This document shows, piece by piece, positions 14,958-28,268 of a DNA stretch of 64,000 nt. The notes under the pieces are model-generated. The model did not search any database, was not told where the DNA came from, and was given only the letters and a program-made list of their open reading frames with translations. Every line of letters starts with the position of its first letter. Position 1 is the stretch's first letter. The DNA lies in contig NC_134026.1 of assembly GCF_964204645.1 (NCBI RefSeq), positions 25,082,150 through 25,146,149 of the forward strand. The letters are read 5' to 3'. The DNA comes from Tubulanus polymorphus. Taxonomy: Eukaryota; Animalia; Nemertea. A program made the translations under genes and the position numbers.

Positions 14958-16447
14958 CTTGGTCCACTTGTTTCCTGCATTACATGAATGTTCAGATGAT
15001 TATTTTCTCTGATTAATTTTGCAACTTGCTCATTTGTGTGTGTCAGATAACATTTAACTTGATCAGCAGCCTACAAGCACATATACCGGGCATGAACATG
15101 TTTGTTGTTTAGTCAATAGCCTATGAACAACTTTGGCGTTTCTTACATTAATCCAAACTTTTTCATTAAGAAATGAGAATGGTACAGGTGGATCATCACC
15201 ATACATGGGTTGTACTTTAGAGTAGTCAATGGTATTTCCATCAATTCTTGGTGGAGTACCTACATACAAACATGAAATTCCAATTAATGTTTCAATCAAT
15301 CCATAGTTACCAAAACGCAACTTCCAAGCCATATACTTCTAACAAAAGTTTGTGGAAGAAATTTTTACCAGTTTTCAGCCTTCCAAGAGAAAATCCTGCC
15401 TCTTCAAGGGTCTTCGCTAATCCAATTGCTGGAGCATCCCCAATCCTTCCAGCAGGGTATCTATTCAGGCCAATGTTTATCATACCACGCAGAAAAGTGC
15501 CAGTAGTTAAGATCACACATTCGCTATAAATTCTTTCCCCAGATTCTGAAACAATTTTTAATGAAATGAAGGACTTAGTTACTTTCTAATTCTAGTCAAT
15601 CCAATGTCTAAAAGGATATTGAATAATATATAAACGTAACTATATCTAGAAAATAAGATACCCACCCAAAATGACTCCATTGCATTTATCCTTTCCTTCT
15701 GTAGCTGTTTGAATGATGAGGTCTTCCACCGGAGCAGCAACTATTGTCAAATTAGGAACTTCTTTCAGGAATTTCTGTATATTTTTCTTGTAGATGCTTC
15801 GATCAATCTGTGCTCGGGGTCCCTAAAATTCATAGTTTACCATAACTAAATATGGCTAACTATGTATGGCATTTACAATGCAGTTGAAATCACATAAAAC
15901 TCACCCAAACTGCAGGTCCTTTTCTTTTATTCAAAATCTTGTACTGTATTCCAGACTTATCTGTAATCATATGAAATTAGACATAAAAAATAACACAACA
16001 CAGTAATTTTTCATATGAATCGCATCTACCGGTACCTATTTAATTATATAAATCTTACCACAAATGGCTGCACACACTCCATCAAGTGCATCTATTTCCT
16101 TCATTAAATGTCCTTTGCCTATTCCACCAAATGCAGGATTGCATGACATTTCCCCTGAAAATAGAAAAGCCAATCCTCATAATGTCCTCCAAGTATAACA
16201 AAATATGCAACACAAGGTGGAATTCCACTCATTGATACAAACCCAAAGTTTCTAACTTATGTGTGACCAGTAGCGTTTTTACTCCCATTCTAGCTGATGC
16301 ACAAGCTGCTTCTGTTCCTGCATGACCACCACCGACAATAGTGACTTCATATCTATTATCACACAAAACTGAAGAGGAGAGATATCTTTTTCCAAGCTGC
16401 AACTGGCAGCGGAGTAGATGCTTGGATACCTTGTATGAATACATCAT
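14958..16447 (-). CDS. MTO1: MTO1/GidA mitochondrial tRNA modification enzyme, N-terminal 7 coding exons (16447-16243, 16154-16059, 15960-15905, 15822-15666, 15545-15369, 15259-15147, 15070-14958); remainder not found in window
   Basis: Transit-peptide-like N-terminus, then [56 protein letters not shown], ending ETSGPR; GT-AG boundaries keep the frame. Confidence 0.93.
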
Positions 16448-16920
16448 CTATTAACAAACGGAAACAAAAGATATCAGAGATATATAAGCTCACTCATTAT
16501 ATTGTTGAATCCTACATAGGCCCCTATCCTATTGAAGAGTAACAGACGTTATGTACAGGTTCTCGTTGGGAACAACGTCTAGGTACTAACTAAACTTATC
16601 AAAGAGAGACAAAATAAATCTTCTTCTTCCATATAGGCTACCGGTACTGTCAGCATCAACTTTATTGATGAATCATACACACTTCTGGTGTGCGCGAAAA
16701 AAAAGGAATAAATATAAGTATCAGAAACTGTCTTATGTTTTTTGTTTAGGAAGTGGATATTTTGCCGATACAGTATCATTTCATTAACTACATATAGCAC
16801 TGAACCTAGCCTAACTCTATCCCTAGCTGTAAAACAGACCCTTAACTTAACTTAACTAGACACAAATCCTATCAAAAAAATTAACCCTATACCTACTGAA
16901 ATAGTTTTGCTATTCTTATT

Positions 16921-16990
16921 GGGAAGGGATTCGAACTCACTAAAGCTACAGTCGTTCCCTGTACCCGTTGACCTTGTGAGGCATTACTAG
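16921..16990 (-). mobile_element. tRNA-derived SINE fragment
   Basis: Minus-strand B-box (GAGTTCGAATCCC); ggattcgaactcactaaagctacagtcgttccc aligns with the copy at about 43047. Confidence 0.5.
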
Positions 16991-17310
16991 CCAACCAGAA
17001 TGATTCCGGTCGTACCAATCACAGCGCTTGTAACAAACAACACTAGGCTTCTGTTGGATTTTCCGTTAAATGGACCAATCATCGAATGTTCTAACCAACA
17101 ACGAAGTATTTTGCAAGTTGATATATGACATCATGCGCAAAAGCGCCAGTCAGTAGGCCTAATGAAATCACGCGTTGTGAGGCCAAGGGGCTGGTGGAAG
17201 CAAATTGTGAAATTAAAATACAGACAGGTTACTGACTAGTTCGGGCAGCGACATCAGACTCCTGACTAGCGAGGATGTGTAGGGCCTGAATATCCAAGGC
17301 TGTCTCCGTA
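16990..17310. promoter_or_regulatory. Probable bidirectional promoter region for MTO1 (-) and TPST-A (+), with a candidate first non-coding TPST exon
   Basis: Locally CpG-richer; CCAAT boxes near 17015 and 17075; candidate donor cc|gtaaga near 17308; divergent gene layout. Confidence 0.4.
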
Positions 17311-20300
17311 AGATCATTTTGATTTGTACAAATGTATCTTTTCTAATTTGGCCTTTTTTGGGGGGGAATGAGCACTCGCGTAGGCCTTGCCCTTAGGTTG
17401 TTTTCGAGATTTTAAGCGCACAACATGTATATTTGATATGTGAATGAACTAATTAAATGATTATTTTGATTCCCATGAAAACTTACTCAAACCGAGCGTG
17501 TCATAATCAAGAAATTGGGAAATTATCAATTATCGCCTGAATAAAATTTATTTTCCAGAATTACATGGGCGCGGCCATTTTGATTTGGACAACGAAGCGG
17601 ACAGTTACATCAGTTTTCCCTAATCAACGCTATCGGTCGTGGCCGGTGGCGTTGGTGTTACGGGTGACGGTTACGGTCCTGACACGGACAAACCCGGATA
17701 TTAGAACTTAAAAATGGGAATTCCCATTATTACACAATCATTCTTTTAATTCGTCACATTTCCGTACTATTCAAAGCAACTTTGCAAATATGGTACTTGT
17801 TTGTCGATTATTCAAGAAAGCTTGCCAGGACCGGGCGTCTAAGTCAAATTTGCAGAATCATCATCTTGTGTTTATTCATCCAAAATTGCTTCTGTTGTGT
17901 TTGTAGGTATAAAAGGTTGAACTAATGTAATGGTATAGTTTGTATTTCTTTCAATATAACATCAACTGATCAATGACGGACTTATTAATATTTGATGACT
18001 TAATAGTCATTGTTGAATAGGGTGGGCTTGAACTCACAGCCAATTGGGGATGCTATACTATTCTTGACATATGCTGCAAGAAATACACATTTTTGTGACA
18101 TCATGATCAATGAAGTCTGTTTGAGCCTTTGTGGTTTTAATTGCAAATACCATTTAGCAACACCTTAGCCAGGGGGCTTTATGTCATTCTTTGTTTGGTT
18201 TGAACTTGGTTTAACGTTTATAGCAACAATATTATTTTATTAGTATTAGGCTATTAGATGATTTTATTGCGCAATTTTTTTGTGGGATGACAAAATATAT
18301 CTATTGTATTCTTTTTTCTATCTAATTTTAGATATGATGTCCTTACCATGAATATCAAATAAAATGGCTCTTTTCCTATGTTAGGGAATACATTGCTAAA
18401 TTGTCTTTAAGAATTTAACCTCTATAACATGGAAATAAATTTGGGCCTATCTAATATATAATTCAACTCTAATCTATTCATTTCATTGTCATCGTTTTGT
18501 AGTGACCAATGTTATTGTAAAACTATCATTTATGTAATTCTTTTTTTCATAAGCGTGAGTGATATATTTGTCCAGTGAGTCGTCTAAATCCTGCGAGAAT
18601 CAATAAATCATTCTGTCTAGCAGTTTATTATGCCACTGGCTCCGTGACATTTTTACGCTATAATTTGGTCTCCTTGCTTTCTAAAGCAGCCCGATGCACG
18701 AGTTTATAGATCCTTTGCGAATAAGCTAGAATGGAATCAAATTCTATTGGGGGAGCAGCATTTTGCCGTGGCGACGTTTTTGGTGCAAATGCAGTCTATT
18801 GATTCACATTGTAGAAGAAGACGAGTATTGAGAACAGTGTATAATCACCTGGGGCATAGTCACTCTGAGCATCCAAATGTCAGAGGTTTTTGATCAGTAG
18901 CAGCAGCTAGGTGATGCTGCGTCATTATGCTACGCTGCTGATAAATGTTCACAGTTAATAAGGGGTATATTCGGAGCACACATACACTATTCATAGGTAC
19001 GTATTGTGATTCAAACATCCACTGTTGACAGTTCATTTGTGATACCTATTGCGGTGATGTATGGCAACATTCTAAGTCCGGTTTCGTCTGACTACCAGAC
19101 ACATGGTTAACTGCCATATACAGTTTTTATGCTCTCATTATTTAACACGGGGTCTGTTGAATTTGGTAAGTTTTTCTTTATTTCGGTATTGTTCTGTGTT
19201 TTAGGTTTCACAAACAGGCGAAACTACTAGTATGTATTAGGCGCCTATGTTTTGTCATCTAATAACTGTCATGATAGGTATTGACTGTATTGAATTACGA
19301 TACATGATTTTCAGCAAATCATTAACGCTTTCACTTATTATCATGCTACATTTTCGGGAATTAAGAAAGCTCGCTACCACTGTTATTATTTGCTCTCGAT
19401 TTTGTTTGAAATCTGTGTGTATTCTCTCGAGTTATAATTTTTTTCTTTTTCAATTTCCACGCACTATCATAGCCAGTTCTCTTTGGAAGATTTGATCTTA
19501 AATCCCCTGCTTTCACAATCATGATATGACAGCTTTTAATACGATTCATCCGCAAATTGGATATGTTTTTAATGGATGAATCATCATGCTTCATTTAAAC
19601 TCCTTAATTTTCCATCATTAGATTATTAATGGTTGCATACAACTGGCCTCGGGTTTATATTAGATTTTGAAAAATATAATCTGATTATGAAATAGTATAT
19701 GATTATGTGAATCAAGAGAAGCTCGGCCTGGTTTTATAAACTAAGGGAGTCTTGGAGAGTTTGACTGAATTCTCCCAGTTTACATTTCGAAAATCTTTCG
19801 ATTTGTTCTATTCTCTTTTCAACAGATATTTTCTAATTTGTTTTCATTGATATGATTTCCTTATCCATTACATTTGAAAGTTACACAGACAGAAAAGTAC
19901 AAAGCCTTAATCAATAGTTTTTGAGCTTGGATCCCAAAGGACTAAGTAGTCATCCACCTCTATCTGGTTGTATAAATTCCCCAGTGAAAATTAACCGTTT
20001 CTATAATCAGGTCTGAATGTTTTCCCACTCAGAGGATTCTGTCTTTGATGGAGATAGATATTGATGAGCTGAGTTGTGTTGTGTTTCAGCGCGTGGGGAA
20101 TTTTTATCTGGTCCAGTGAATTTTTTAGCATCTGCATCGGTTATCTTCATTCTCTCATGGCTGTGGTAAAGAATTGTTCGATCATCTGATGGAGATTTCA
20201 ATGATGCTTTTGAATGATTTTCACAGTTAATTACAATATGCAGTAAGTTGTAATTACTAGTTACAGCTTATATGATAGCATTGGCTAAAGCTGACATTAA

Positions 20301-22358
20301 TGATTATGGAGCTGGAGATCAAGGTTGATCATTCGTATATAAATTAATCACAAAATGACCTCATGTAGAACTAAGGACAATTCTTGTCAGGTTGCTTCTA
20401 AACACAATTAACTCTAAATCATAGTGGAAAATTTCAAAATCTGGCCCTTTGCCTCTCCAAGAGTGTTCAAATTACTGTACATTTAGACTGCATATTGCTG
20501 CAGGTCATTCACATTTATCTGAGGATGTCTCGTTTAATGAAATTCTGTGTAGTCTGCTGGAAATCAATGGCTCTGGTTTCTCTTCGAGATGACATTTAGG
20601 ATCTCTCTTCTCAAAAATCTGAGACAATTTTACAACGATTTGCACCAGCCACTGATGATCACAAAGGTAAGGGCTGTGTATAGATATATGCAGTATGTTT
20701 GAAGCAAAGGGATCAATGCAACCATCCTTTAATCTCGGTAGACTTTGATTTTCATGTAATCACATCTAAAACAATTTATGGCAGGTAGAACACTTAGCTG
20801 GATGGATATGGCTGTACATTTTGATATGATGGGTGTTCTCAGGTGTCTATTATACGTGTCTATAATCATTCAGAATGTCATCACGAGCTTTTTACACCAG
20901 TAAATACAAATTTAGATAGCTTGGTATTCATTTGCTATTTAGGTTATCGCTTATTACCACTAAGTAAAGCAATATCATTTATTCGCGTTCACATCTAAAT
21001 AAAAGTGCCAGCGGTAACTGTGTCCTTTTATGTTGAAATCAGCATTTTAGTAGGTAGTGGTTATAAATTTCATGATATATTTGCTATGTTTCTATGGCAT
21101 CAAAGTAATCATGTCGATAGAATAAGGAAGCTTTATTATGCTGTCATCAAATCACTCTTAATTTCTCTGATCTGCATAGGGTTTACTAAAATTGATTGTT
21201 GAGCTTATTTTACTGGATAGATGATCGAATCAGTTTGTTTGATATGAAATTCAACTATCTGAAATCTACTGAGGGGTAATTGGCTGTTAAGGAAACCTCC
21301 TAGTACACATTCTGTGTCATTATAAATTCATTTTTACCTACAAGCAATCTCATGATTGCTTGTAGGTAGTACTAGTTACAAACTTAGAGCAGTGTTATTC
21401 ATGTTAGATGGAGATATTCATCACAGTTTGTTCTGGACAGTGATGACTCCCACCTCTTAAACCATAGGATGCTGGAACATGCTTATCATCTGTTCAGCGG
21501 GGTCAGTGTTAATAGACTAGCTAGTTGATAATTATCATACCTAATTAGCACTAGTAACAACTGGAAACTTGTATAACGATTCATATGGTTTATGATATTC
21601 CATTGTAATAGGCTGCATGCAAACAATTTTCAAATATTCAGCGAATCTGTTAAATGATATAGCAATTATGTAATCAGGAACGTGTTTTTATAGATCTCTG
21701 TCCATGCTGATAGTTGCATGTCAAATGCTAACTGTGTTCTCTAACAGCAATCTCCTTATTGGATTCCGCTGTGAAATATTAATGTGTGACATACAAATAA
21801 ATCGAGCTAGTCATATTCTTGTTCATATTACCTTGATGGTTGTAGTAAATAGTCACATCTTGCCTGAGAAAAAGATAAAATTACCCTTTCTGATATGTCA
21901 GCTGAATTCTATGCATTGGGACTTTATTTCAATTATCTTATCTCCCATTTGTACCAGATTGGTGTGGCCAATATGAGTAAAGCAAAATGAATTTACTAGC
22001 TGGTTGCTGCCAATTCCCAAAGTTTCATACGGCACATCTATCACTTGTGACTTAAGTATCAGATCACTGTTGTACATGTGTACAACTGACATTGAATGTA
22101 TTTTTAAACATTTTTACCTGACAGATCCTTCAGGCAGATGTTCTTGTGAATGAAACGTACGAAGGTGCCACAATAAGATGGCATAAAAGGTGTACCAGCT
22201 TTCACGGTTATAGATTGGTTTTTCTCCTGCTTTTAATTGGCTTGTCACATAGGATTAAGTAACATCTGCATTTGGTGATTTGATGTAAATTCTGTTTGTT
22301 CTATTTGCAGGTAGCTGTGATAGAAAAGTTGACCTGTGCTTGTGTCTGAGCCTAAGTC

Positions 22359-24045
22359 ATGACCCGCGGGGATAGGTATAAGGTACTTTGTCTAATATTG
22401 GGAGTGGTTGTATTAGTCTATGTTATCCGCGATGCTACGAATACCGGTGGTGGTGACAGGGATATGTTCTTTTCCCGTCGGGTTCTGCGTGGACAGTCTT
22501 TTGACAGCACTGATCATTTGGAGGTGAAGAAACCGAATGAGCTGATTCGTATGGATAAAAACGTGCCAATTATTTGGATAGGCGGCGTGCCGAGAAGTGG
22601 AACAACGCTATCGCGAGCGATTCTCGATGCTCATCCGGATATCCGGTGCGGCGAGGAAACCCGAGTCATTCCACGTATGCTTTTCATGCACTCAAAAATG
22701 CAAATGTCTCAAATTGAAAAAGCTCGTCTAGACGAAGCTAAAGTGACCGAGGATGTTCTGGAGTACGCTCTAGGATCATATATTCTAAGTATTATCGTCA
22801 AACACGGCGAACCCGCTGCTCGACTTTGTAACAAAGACCCATTCACCCTTAAATCAATGGATCTAATAATGAAAATCTTCCCGCAGTCAAAATTCATCTT
22901 AATGATTCGAGATGGAAGGGCCGTGGCACATTCCATCGTCACTCGTAAAATTACCATTTCCGGCTTCGACACGAAAACATACAGTGGGGCTCTTAGAGAC
23001 TGGAATCGGGCAATTCAAGTCATGTATCGTAAATGTCTGAAAATGAGCCATGTGTGTATGCCCCTGTGGTATGAACAATTGGTCATCGATCCCGAGCCTC
23101 AAATGAGAAAAGTTCTTAAGTTCTTAGACATTCCGTGGAATGATATTGTATTGCACCATGAACAAACTATTGGAAAAGAAGGTGGAATTTCACTCTCTAA
23201 GTAAGTGGTGTAGGTGTGTCTTCCCTGACTGAATTTTCCGGCTTATTTCATGAATTGTCTGGTGGTATTGAGACCTTGAAATGATAAACTGACAGTTTGT
23301 TATTCCAAGACTAGAGCATAGAGAATTTTATATCAATGTTCTGATTAGAGAATCCTGGAGATCCTTGTCATGTTTGTTGATGATGAATATTTTTAGAATG
23401 TCGTAATCAATCGGATAAAGCATATGTAGGTGGAGTGAATTTAATTCCAGGATTATTGATAGCGGTTTATATTTTTTCATTCCACTTCCAAAAAGAATAC
23501 TTGAAAATTCTGAACGCAAGCATTATCTATGAAAACCACAAACTTGACTTAAATGAATCAAACCTATAATAAACATTATTATTTGCTCATTAAGGGATGA
23601 AATTTAGCAATTCATTTTTTCATCATCAACACTACCACTTAACAAATTTCCGATGCTTGGGCATATTATATAGAACTTTCTTCTTAGGTTGTCTTCAAGT
23701 TTTTGATTGCAAATAGTCTTCTAATTAAGTTCTGCCATATACCAGTAGATAGAAAAATTTTTGTAAATTAAAAAAGCAAGTTCTCAATCAATTTTTTTTT
23801 TTTTTATAAGGAGAGAAAGATCAACAGACCAGGTGAACAAACCTGTCAACACGGATGCTCTTTACAAATGGATTGAATTGATGCCAAAATCAGTGAAAGA
23901 TAACGCTGGCTCTATTGCGCCAATGTTAAAAGACCTTGGATATGATCCTGACAACCCGATAGTCAATTATGGTACAAAATCTGATGATGCTGTAGCTAAG
24001 GAAGTTGCTGTGCTACAGACGCTTACTGATGATCAAGATTCGTGA
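22359..24045 (+). CDS. TPST: Tyrosylprotein sulfotransferase, paralog A (exons 22359-23200, 23811-24045)
   Basis: Type II signal anchor; IGGVPRSGTTL (5'-PSB), CGEETRVIPR, CNKDPF, RDGRA, SLSK|RERSTDQVNKP joined across a phase-2 GT-AG intron; upstream acceptor at 22310. Confidence 0.96.
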
Positions 24046-27000
24046 GACCTGCTTTCTGTGTCATGTCATGTATACGCTGTCCTTAGAGTTTAATTTGATG
24101 TATTCTCATTGAATTTGCTGGCTGCCGCGTTTTAAAGTGCCTAACTTAGTTTCGAAATTTAGCCAATTCTGTTCAGTGCAGATTTAGTTGAATTTTACAG
24201 AAAACTCTATTTTCACTTCGACTGAGTTTTGGTAAATGGTTTGATATTTTAAGTTATTTTGACTGTATCTGTTTAAAGGGGCTTTAACTTTTTCATAAAA
24301 AGAATTCCTCTCGCATTTTCTTTATGTTATTGTTGATATTCATCATCTTATGTTAAGATGTGAATTGACCTATTTTGTCTCACTACGTGTCAAAGATTCC
24401 TCCATCCATTCAAATATTTTGGTGTACATTTTTGCATTCGATCGCTAAGTCTAAGCGCAATTTCGATTTCGATTTCTCTCGTTCACCCAAAGGCTCAGTA
24501 TGAACTTCGGAAATAACGAATTTAAACATCATAACAAAGCTAACATAAATCACTGGTAAATTGTAGATATTTTACACGCTACGGGATCATGTAACTAATG
24601 CTTTCAGTTAAAATATTATTGGTTTTTATATTGACTCAGTTGCGTTAACACTATACTTCAATAATGCATTTAAACGTATTGATGTTTTAGTGGTTTTTCC
24701 TGTTTAGCATCGATGATTGATTAAAGTTTCTTTTGTCTTTAATAATAACTCTAATGATAATGTACTTTGGTGCAGAAATTGTTCACTTGCATGTTATTAA
24801 ATTATTTTCCTTGGGTATCTCTAGTCTAGAAGTGACTGGAAGTACGATTTTGATAAACATTCGTGACTGAAATGATTCCTATTCCATTGGATAATGAGCA
24901 ATATTCTGAGGAACTCAGAAAGATTTACTGAATATTTAATAAATGCTCTATTGTTGCTGAGTTGCGAGATTAATTTTGCAATGTATATTTGCCAACCAGT
25001 TAAAAGTCTTGATAGATCTAATTTACATTTTCTGCAATGCCATATTTCAGCTGCGAACATGTCAAAGAAAAGAAGTGTTTTGAGAAACTTAACCAAATAA
25101 TGATGTAAGAAAGATGTTGATCATCTTAACGTTAAGCTGTTGATACAACTGTCAATGGCTCTTCAGAGTTTTGCTTCTGCAATGGGCTTAGTATCTAGAG
25201 CCGCATTCACTGTATAGAAAGGTTCATATAAGCAGATCAATGTTTCATCTGTGGTTCTAAATAAGTATTGACCCCGGAAATTATTCATTCGCTAAATAAT
25301 TCAGTGAATACAAGATGTAACAACTATTGTTGAATTACTTTTAAAGATTTGGATGAATTTTTCGAATCCAGTTTATTTTGATAACTTTCAACTCATCTTA
25401 AACTGCTCCAAAAAGGTGCACAAACATCAATTTGATGATTTTTATAAAAATATACACCATGTTTTTATTTTATAAGTAGTGTTATGAATGGTATGGATGA
25501 ATCTAGTCTAATAATTAACTGTTTGTCTGTGCATGGTTTGTGTAGTCTGTATCTAGTAGTAATTGTCAAGCAAGTGATAGTACTAAAACTCAGACGAATT
25601 CTAAAATGAAGTATGGGGACTACATTGCCATTGCCCTTCACGAGATTTTTAACTGATAAGGCAGTAAGTAATATAACCTAGTCAAAATTGTGATTTCTAG
25701 AAAATTTTCATGTATTTTTATATCAATTAAGGATTTTTTTGAAGCAGTTTATGCTTTTAGAGTTTTGATTCATAGTTTCATTGATGGAGATTAATATTAT
25801 ATGGAAAGGAATCCTTTTTTGTATTCGAGTGATGTATATCAAGCATTCCCTTGGATATTTTGTCTCATTTAAAAAGTTATTTCAAGTATTATTTACTATA
25901 TTCTGTTTGCTCTTCCTTCAGTGCTTCAGTGCCCAGACAATGTTGTCAAGATGGTTTTGTTTGTTGTGTAGTTATATGTCCCAGTGCATTTTAGAGCATT
26001 CAGAATTGCAAATGGGATACAAACATTTTGTATATGAGAATATGATTTGACAAATGTGAATATTTTCTTATAGAGTACCTAAAGATATGCTGTCACTTGG
26101 TTTAGTGATCATACATGTAAATGCTTCGAGTGAAAAATTTGAAGATGGGTAAGAAAATTGAGTTTGAAAAGAAACAACTTGAATTTAGACCGGATTTGAC
26201 CGGATTTCTTCATTTCCCTTCTTGGGTTTATTTTTAGTTCAAGGTTGATGAACTAAAATAACTAAATGATAGAAGAAATAGTTCATGTATAGATAGATAT
26301 GTGAATGAACTTATACTAAACAATATAAGGTGTGGTATATCAGTTATATAATGTTGCTCAAGCTTTATAATTGTGCTTTTATGGTATGAGTAACTATAAC
26401 GAAGCTTATTGATTGGGTAAGAACACAGTACAGCCAAGATGTAATTAAATTATGCTTAACTCAGATTTGACATCATCTCCAAGAGTTGTTGATGCAAGGA
26501 AACTTGTTCCGCAGAATATGAAAAGCCTTTTGTGGGTGCGAGTTCTTAATGAGTCAGTATTGATGAGTGATAAGTTAGTTATATGCGTGCTGTGCTGTGT
26601 GATAAATGCAAAGACATTGCAAGTGGTGAAAATGTAGCGTAGAGATTTGCTAATGAATCGAGTGTTAGCCATGGGAGAGCAGGCGAGATGACAGCCTTTC
26701 AGGGGGTTTCAATAGCACATTTATGACAGGGAAGAAAATACAGCTATTTTTTGTTTGCTTTGTGTTTGTTCCCATAACTTACATGAATCTACTGTTCATT
26801 GCCAAGGACACTATACAATTTGCTGAGATGTTTTAATAGCCGGGATCACACAGAGACGATTTGGCCCTGGCTATCATTTGTGCCGTGCTAAAATTTGTGC
26901 TGTGCCAAATTTGGCCAGGCCCATCTGGTACCCATGTGAACGGTTGTTCCAGACCTAATTTGGCATGGGTCAAAAATGCTTGGTGATCGTGGCTAATGAC

Positions 27001-27098
27001 ATCGAGCACAAATGAAATAACACCATTAATTATCTTTCCAGACGTAAACGCATTTAACAACATCTATTTGTTTATTTTTCTATAGGGTATTTCAACAT

Positions 27099-28268
27099 TC
27101 CTGAGGTATTCAAAGAACCCACACTCATCGATTCTGAACTTTTTAATTTTCTGTCACTGTGACTGAGTATTCTGCCTTATATTACCACATATGACAATTC
27201 AATTCCATCAACCTTTAGGCCATTCTCTCCTTCGTACACGATTTAATTTGCCAAGACAGTGGGTGGCCACTAAATGAAGTTAGTGAAATGGAATTAACTT
27301 GTAGCCACATGTCCAGTCCAACCTCCACAATTCTGGACTTTCTATCTTGTAGTGTACGGGGTATGTACATGATGGAAATGATTACTAAGCTATCGATCTA
27401 CAGCTTTAATTTGGTACCAATTTCTTGTAACAATATTAGATTCCAAATCATCATAATTCTTAAATCTAATTAAGTGTCAAATTTTAGTCTTAATACCTTC
27501 TCTTCTAATGTGGCAAACCCCACTTAGAAATTGAGATGTATGAACATTTTTTTCTGTTGTTATAGCCATGTGAAAAGTCAGTACCAGTCTGTTTCTGTTC
27601 ATTAGAAACATTTTGGATGGAAAAGAATATTAGCTTGCATCCATCAGGCCCAACCGGTCAGTAAATCACCACCTTTCTCCCATCCTGAGGTATTCAAAGA
27701 ACCCACACTCATCGATTCTGAACTTTTTAATTTTCTGTCACTGTGACTGAGTATTCTGCCTTATATTACCACATATGACAATTCAATTCCATCAACCTTT
27801 AGGCCATTCTCTCCTTCGTACACGATTTAATTTGCCAAGACAGTGGGTGGCCACTAAATGAAGTTAGTGAAATGGAATTAACTTGTAGCCACATGTCCAG
27901 TCCAACCTCCACAATTCTGGACTTTCTATCTTGTAGTGTACGGGGTATGTACATGATGGAAATGATTACTAAGCTATCGATCTACAGCTTTAATTTGGTA
28001 CCAATTTCTTGTAACAATATTAGATTCCAAATCATCATAATTCTTAAATCTAATTAAGTGTCAAATTTTAGTCTTAATACCTTCTCTTCTAATGTGGCAA
28101 ACCCCACTTAGAAATTGAGATGTATGAACATTTTTTTCTGTTGTTATAGCCATGTGAAAAGTCAGTACCAGTCTGTTTCTGTTCATTAGAAACATTTTGG
28201 ATGGAAAAGAATATTAGCTTGCATCCATCAGGCCCAACCGGTCAGTAAATCACCACCTTTCTCCCATC
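27099..28268. repeat. Head-to-tail tandem duplication, period 584 bp, apparently identical copies
   Basis: tcctgaggtattcaaagaaccc at 27099 and 27683; identical ORFs at 27288 and 27872 (offset 584); both units end in ctcccatc. Confidence 0.95.

Noticed and set aside
16800-16895. Degenerate CCTAA-like tract resembling telomeric repeats
   Set aside because: Too irregular; more likely a decayed repeat fragment.
27288-28057. Two identical 61-aa ORFs
   Set aside because: By-product of the 584-bp duplication; no coding evidence.
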